A stretch of 64,000 nucleotides of DNA from NCBI GenBank assembly GCA_951406725.2, contig OX597821.1, positions 3,348,001-3,412,000 of the forward strand. The letters are read 5' to 3'. How positions within the stretch are numbered: the first letter of the stretch is position 1; each line of letters starts with the position of its first letter. This DNA is from Octopus vulgaris (Eukaryota). The position numbers and the translations under genes are program-made. The notes beneath the pieces are model-generated. The model was not told the DNA's origin. It saw only the letters and a program-made list of their open reading frames with translations, and ran no database searches. This document shows, piece after piece, positions 57,669-64,000 of the stretch.

Positions 57669-57939
57669 ATATAAAATACTACGATTGGCCATCATTATTG
57701 ACGGCACGTAGCCAGCTAGTAGAGAATATAATGCATTTCTGAAGCCTGCATTATGTTTGAATAAATGGTATATAGCGAAACACACACATTCTTCCATGCA
57801 CACAGTCATGCGTATGTGTGTGAGAGAGAGTGCGAGAGTTTAGCAAGTATATACATACATACGTATGCATTGATACATACATAGATATACACAAACACAG
57901 ACACACGCACACGCATGTGCACGAGATGGTTGAATACAC

Positions 57940-58191
57940 TTTTTTACTCTTAAACTTGTTTCAGTCATTTGACTGCGACCATGCTGGAGCACCGCTTTTA
58001 GTCGAGAAATCGACCCCAGGATTTAACCTTTTGTAAGCCTTGTACTTATTCTATCGATCTCTTTTGCCGAACCTCTTAGTTACGGGGACGTAAACACACC
58101 AGCATCGTTTGTCAAGCGAGGCTGGGGACATACGCAAATATACAAACACATAAACACACATATATATATATATATATACATATATAAATAT

Positions 58192-58256
<65 letters not shown>

Positions 58257-58419
58257 GACGGGCATCTTTCAGTTTCCGTCGACCAAATCCACTCAAAAGG
58301 CTTTGGTCGACCCGAGGCTAAAGTAGAAGACACTTGCCCAAAGTGTCACGCAGTGAGACTGAACCCGGAACCATGTGGTTGGTAAGCAAGCTACTTACCA
58401 CACACCCACTCCTACGCCT
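57940..58419 (-). mobile_element. SINE family A
   Basis: Colinear with 10920-11418. Confidence 0.9.
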
Positions 58420-58607
58420 ACACGCACGTACATTGTTAATATCTCGCCAAAATATACTTTGAGAACAAAACCGCTGTCCAACAACTATACATCACAGCAG
58501 TGTTGCCATTACTGAGGTACCACACAAGAAATTCACGTCAGTATAGTAATGTAGAGACGGCAGCAGAATCAAAAACTAACAGCGAGAACAACAGACATAG
58601 TAATAAT

Positions 58608-58676
<69 letters not shown>

Positions 58677-60119
58677 GATGAATATAAAAATAAGTAAAAC
58701 ATAAAATTGTAACGACACAAAACGGATTTTGCAATAAGTGATAGTTGATTGTTTATTTAAAGGGGACTATAACAATATGGCAAGTGCAACATGTCTTCTT
58801 TCTACACGGAGAAGCACGGTAAAATAATATTTACACACCAGCCTTAACTGGTTTAGCCTACATGAGCGCTGCAATTTTCATGTCAAAGTTGATTTAATGA
58901 CTGGCGATGGCAAATCGTTTGCAGTGGCTGCGATGGATGAGTTGGCGCTGGTGTTAGTATAGCGAATGTTTTAAGTGGTGGTGGAAGAGTGGTGGTCGTT
59001 TTGTTATTGCTATTATTATTGGCGCTAGTGGTGCTGCCAGCACTGGCGTTGCTGGTGGTGAAGGCAATTCAGCTGCTGATCGTAATCCTCTTCTTCCTAT
59101 ACAGTGTACTGTGTAGGTAGGTAGTTGTTTATAATTATTGTTACACGTATCTAAAACCGTACTTTTAGTAGTGTACTTTTAGTAGTGTAATTGACAACTA
59201 GAATTCATAGAGAACTAACACAATTTTCAATGCAAATTGCTATATTCTAATTCTATCCTTATCATACCTTTTAAAACATTCAGCTGTTGCCAACTTGCAT
59301 AGAAATAGCTTCTGTTTATTTATTTTTTCCATCTTATTTTCTAGGCCATTTTTTTTTGTATTTTTTTACTGTTCATGTAGATTTTATTGTTTTAGTAATC
59401 CCTAACTTTATTGGAATGGCAGCAATATTAGAGTGACTAATTTGTCTGCGAAACACCATTCTGCCTCGTAGCTTCGTAAATTTTCCCAGCTTCGTAAATT
59501 TCCTGCTATCTTGAAACACCTGTTTAAATTTATTGCTCTGAAAGCTAATTAGGAGCGAACGCTATCTCACCATCATTTCACCTTCATTTGTGCCAGCTCA
59601 TTCCAAGAAATAGATCAAAACGTAAGACTACACCGTAAACTTCTAATCTCTCTCTCTTTCTAAAATCAAGATGACATCCTACGAACGCTTAAATTAACTA
59701 AAATATCGTTGAAGGGCCTGGAGCAATGAAGAAATGTTTATGTGCGTGATTATAAGACGAGTAAGAAAACTTGGCTGCGCATTAATGATGAAAATAATTC
59801 AAATCTAAATGACGAGCATATCTGCATATTTACTTTTAATTAAATCAGCAAAGATGCGCCAAAATATAAATTATAACAAAAAAAATTCCAATAAAATTTT
59901 TAGTTGAATGGCAAATTACAGGAGATATTCGGAAATTATATGGATGATACTTGGGGAATGGATATTTGTTGTCAATAAAAGAACTCATCAACGAAAGATT
60001 TAAATATTGGGAGATTCGAAGCTTGTGGATGTAAAAAGAAAAAGAAAAATATCAGTTATTCCAGTGATGTTTGAGCAAAATATGGGATAAAATTAACAAA
60101 CGATGAATTTGTATTTTCT

Positions 60120-60649
<530 letters not shown>

Positions 60650-60680
60650 TTGATAGATTACATACACACATATATATGTA

Positions 60681-60713
<33 letters not shown>

Positions 60714-61463
60714 CTATATGCATCACATATGTGTGTATATAATGTTTGTATTATGTATTTTTTCATGTATGTATACAAATGTGAATCTCGTGTTTTAAAG
60801 TCAGATAACCGTTTAAAAAATAGCAGTAAATGAATTATTATACGCAACTGTGTAAGTTATTCATGAAATAATGCTTTTTCACGTGTCAATGGCGTAAAAT
60901 ATGCTGACATATAGTTTACAGATGATAATCTTATATATTAAGATAGTTACCAATAAATAGAATAAAGAGGTGAATGCCAGAAAGTGTAAATCACTGACGA
61001 AATGCATTTCGGGGATTTAGATAAGTTCTTTTATTTCCTGTATTCAAAGTTACTAAGTATGATCGTTGTCGCTAAGATTGTATGAGCGTTTCGTATAGAA
61101 TCTCTCATACAATAGTAGAGACTTAATCTAAAATATGCGACATTTTACTCGTTTACCCATTTGTTAACTGTCAAATTAACGTAACTCTGGCTTTTTTCTT
61201 TTTCTTTTTATTTTTTAGTTAAGCTTCACATTTTTGGATAAATAGAAATATATTCGGTAAATTTGTGGAGAACTTAAATGGAAAAGAAACAAGTTATTTT
61301 ACAACTAGAAAAAATATTCCACTTCACATTAAATACGTATATATATACATATATAATGTATATATAATGTATATAATGTATATATTCTGAGTTACTTTTA
61401 AACAAACTGAATGTAACACGTATTCACGTAATTTTGTCGTAGAACAAGTTAACACGGTTACTT

Positions 61464-61543
<80 letters not shown>

Positions 61544-61659
61544 ACTACTACTACTACTACTACGACGACGACGACAATAACGATAATGAAAATGATAATA
61601 ATAGTAACAATGATTTCTTTATTAACCACAACGGTATATCTTATGAAAAACAAAGAATA

Positions 61660-62775
61660 TATTGTGTGTGTAAACAATTAAACAAGACTAACAAAATTAT
61701 ATACAAAAAATAAACGATTTGAAACTTCAATAGGAAGGAGAGCTGCTGATGGAAAAACCCCATAAAAGTCCCTGGGTGCCATGACTTATGGAGAGGTGCC
61801 AGTTTTGCTTTCCTTTTTATCCAGCTACATGCGTATGCTCAGGTCAGGCCAGTTCACTGGCACCATTCTGGCTACTTTCATCCACCTTTCAGTAAACTGG
61901 CTGGAAGACAACACCTCCTTCTCTAGCCTTAATTGTCTTTCAATCTGGCCCGAATGTTCCCTGGAATTGAGCAGCTAACTGATCATCAACGCCCAAGGTC
62001 TCCCCAAGAACGTGATCACAATTTTCCTCCGCTAATTCTCTATAAAAGGCTAAAGTGGACGCTCCGCCTGTCGTAGTGACTGACTGGCTGAGTACTGTGA
62101 GGGCTTCAAGAAATTCCTTTTTCCAAATGCTCCCTCTCGATCTCTGTTTTACCTAGAGCTGCAGTTCTGCTAAAGAAACTAGCTGCGGAAATACGTCTCT
62201 GGTGAACGGCGACCACACCTGTTCACTGTCAAAGGAACACTGGAGATGCCGTGGCCTCAACGCATGTCTACGCATCCCCAACCACGGCATATTTGATCAC
62301 CACGCAGTGGGTGTTGACAGCAGACAGACCACCTGATCATCTTCCACAAAAAGCGGAAATGTATACACTCCAGCGTCATTAGACGGTGCCCGGGAAAAGG
62401 CACGACGGTCCAGTGATATTAGATGACGAACGCAATATACTCGTTAGCCACCTCTGCTATGCCTTTCTGGGATAGCTTTCGCTCGATCCATTTCTGGTCC
62501 GGTTCGAATCAGACCCCCAACAATTTAACTGGTCCATCCTTCCAGCGCCCAATGATACTGTTGGATGGCATGTACTTACTTCTCCAGGTATCGAGCCGCA
62601 GGCCTACTGATTTTTAATGGTTAATCGACGCTCTTGAAGCTGCCTCGAAGTGCCTGAGAGCGGTGTTTGTGATCCGATAGCACACGAATCATCCCTAACC
62701 AAGGTCATGACAATAAAAGCCTCTAGTATGTGTAGGCGTGGCTTGAGATTCAGTACATACAAGAGAGACGAGAAG
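61660..62775 (-). mobile_element. Second degenerate Tx1/L1-clade LINE 3' fragment
   Basis: Homologous to 1400-2790: ctggagatgccgt, aaagcggaa and tccagcgccc are shared, and LLYVLNLKP matches LLYILTLKP. Confidence 0.78.
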
Positions 62776-62779
62776 AGGA

Positions 62780-63468
<689 letters not shown>

Positions 63469-64000
63469 CAACTGAGGGAGAAAATGTAACTATGTTTTGG
63501 GTTTTCCCAGTATGTACAGACCGGAACATCAAAGCAAATAAACCAGATGTTGTAGTGAATAAGCAAAACAATAAAGTCTGCTTCTTGATTGACATGAGCA
63601 TAGTCTATGGCAATAATATCTCGGCAAATGAATTTGATAAATATAAAGATTTGCTAATCGAAATCGGAAAGATGTGGTTACAGAAAGACGGTTACAGTAC
63701 CAGTGATTGTAGGAGCACTTGGAACGATCAAAAATGAAACTGAAAACTATTTAAGAAGGATCCCTGGCTTCACCATCTTAGCGGGAGGTGCAAAAGATTG
63801 TATTAACTGGTAACCGGTAACACGTATTGAGAAGAGTCACGTCACTGTGAATGTTCCTTTCTTTCTCCATCCTTTCTTTTATTTATTTACTTTTTTATAT
63901 TTTTTTTTTTTTTTTTTCTCTCTCTCTCTCTCTCTGTCTTCCCCTTTTTTGATTGTAAATGAACAATCTGGTGTATTTATTTTAATGGCTTACCAATGTA
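63469..64000 (+). mobile_element. R4/Dong-like LINE 3' end (RLE domain), same family as 15751-16232
   Basis: TDRNIKANKPDVVV...LIDMSIV...KYKDLLIEIGKMW; the 3' UTR ttaatggcttaccaatgta matches 16154-16172. Confidence 0.88.

Noticed and set aside
60990-61020. CTGACGA followed by a small hairpin
   Set aside because: No GAAA or stem III follows; likely chance.

Overview
AT-rich, repeat-saturated eukaryotic non-coding DNA with no host protein-coding gene I can support. The SINE families and very dense (TA)n/(CA)n/(AAT)n microsatellites resemble an octopus (coleoid cephalopod) genome; this is recognition from memory, not a database result. Nearly all ORFs in the track are microsatellite translations or decayed transposon fragments. 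Elements present: Tx1/L1-clade LINE remnants, CR1/L2-like fragments, R4/Dong-like LINE fragments beside (AAT)n, Penelope-like elements (PLEs), four mariner remnants, a non-autonomous Helitron, a foldback DNA transposon with an 8-bp TSD and a head-to-head telomere-repeat core, and many tRNA-derived SINEs. The most notable pattern is a set of about 7-8 loci with hammerhead-ribozyme-like cores (CUGANGA...GAAA...NUH). They lie in several unrelated short elements, mostly beside (TA)n or (AAT)n tracts, and several of these elements are arranged as long hairpins or partial tandem repeats. All RNA folds were done by eye.
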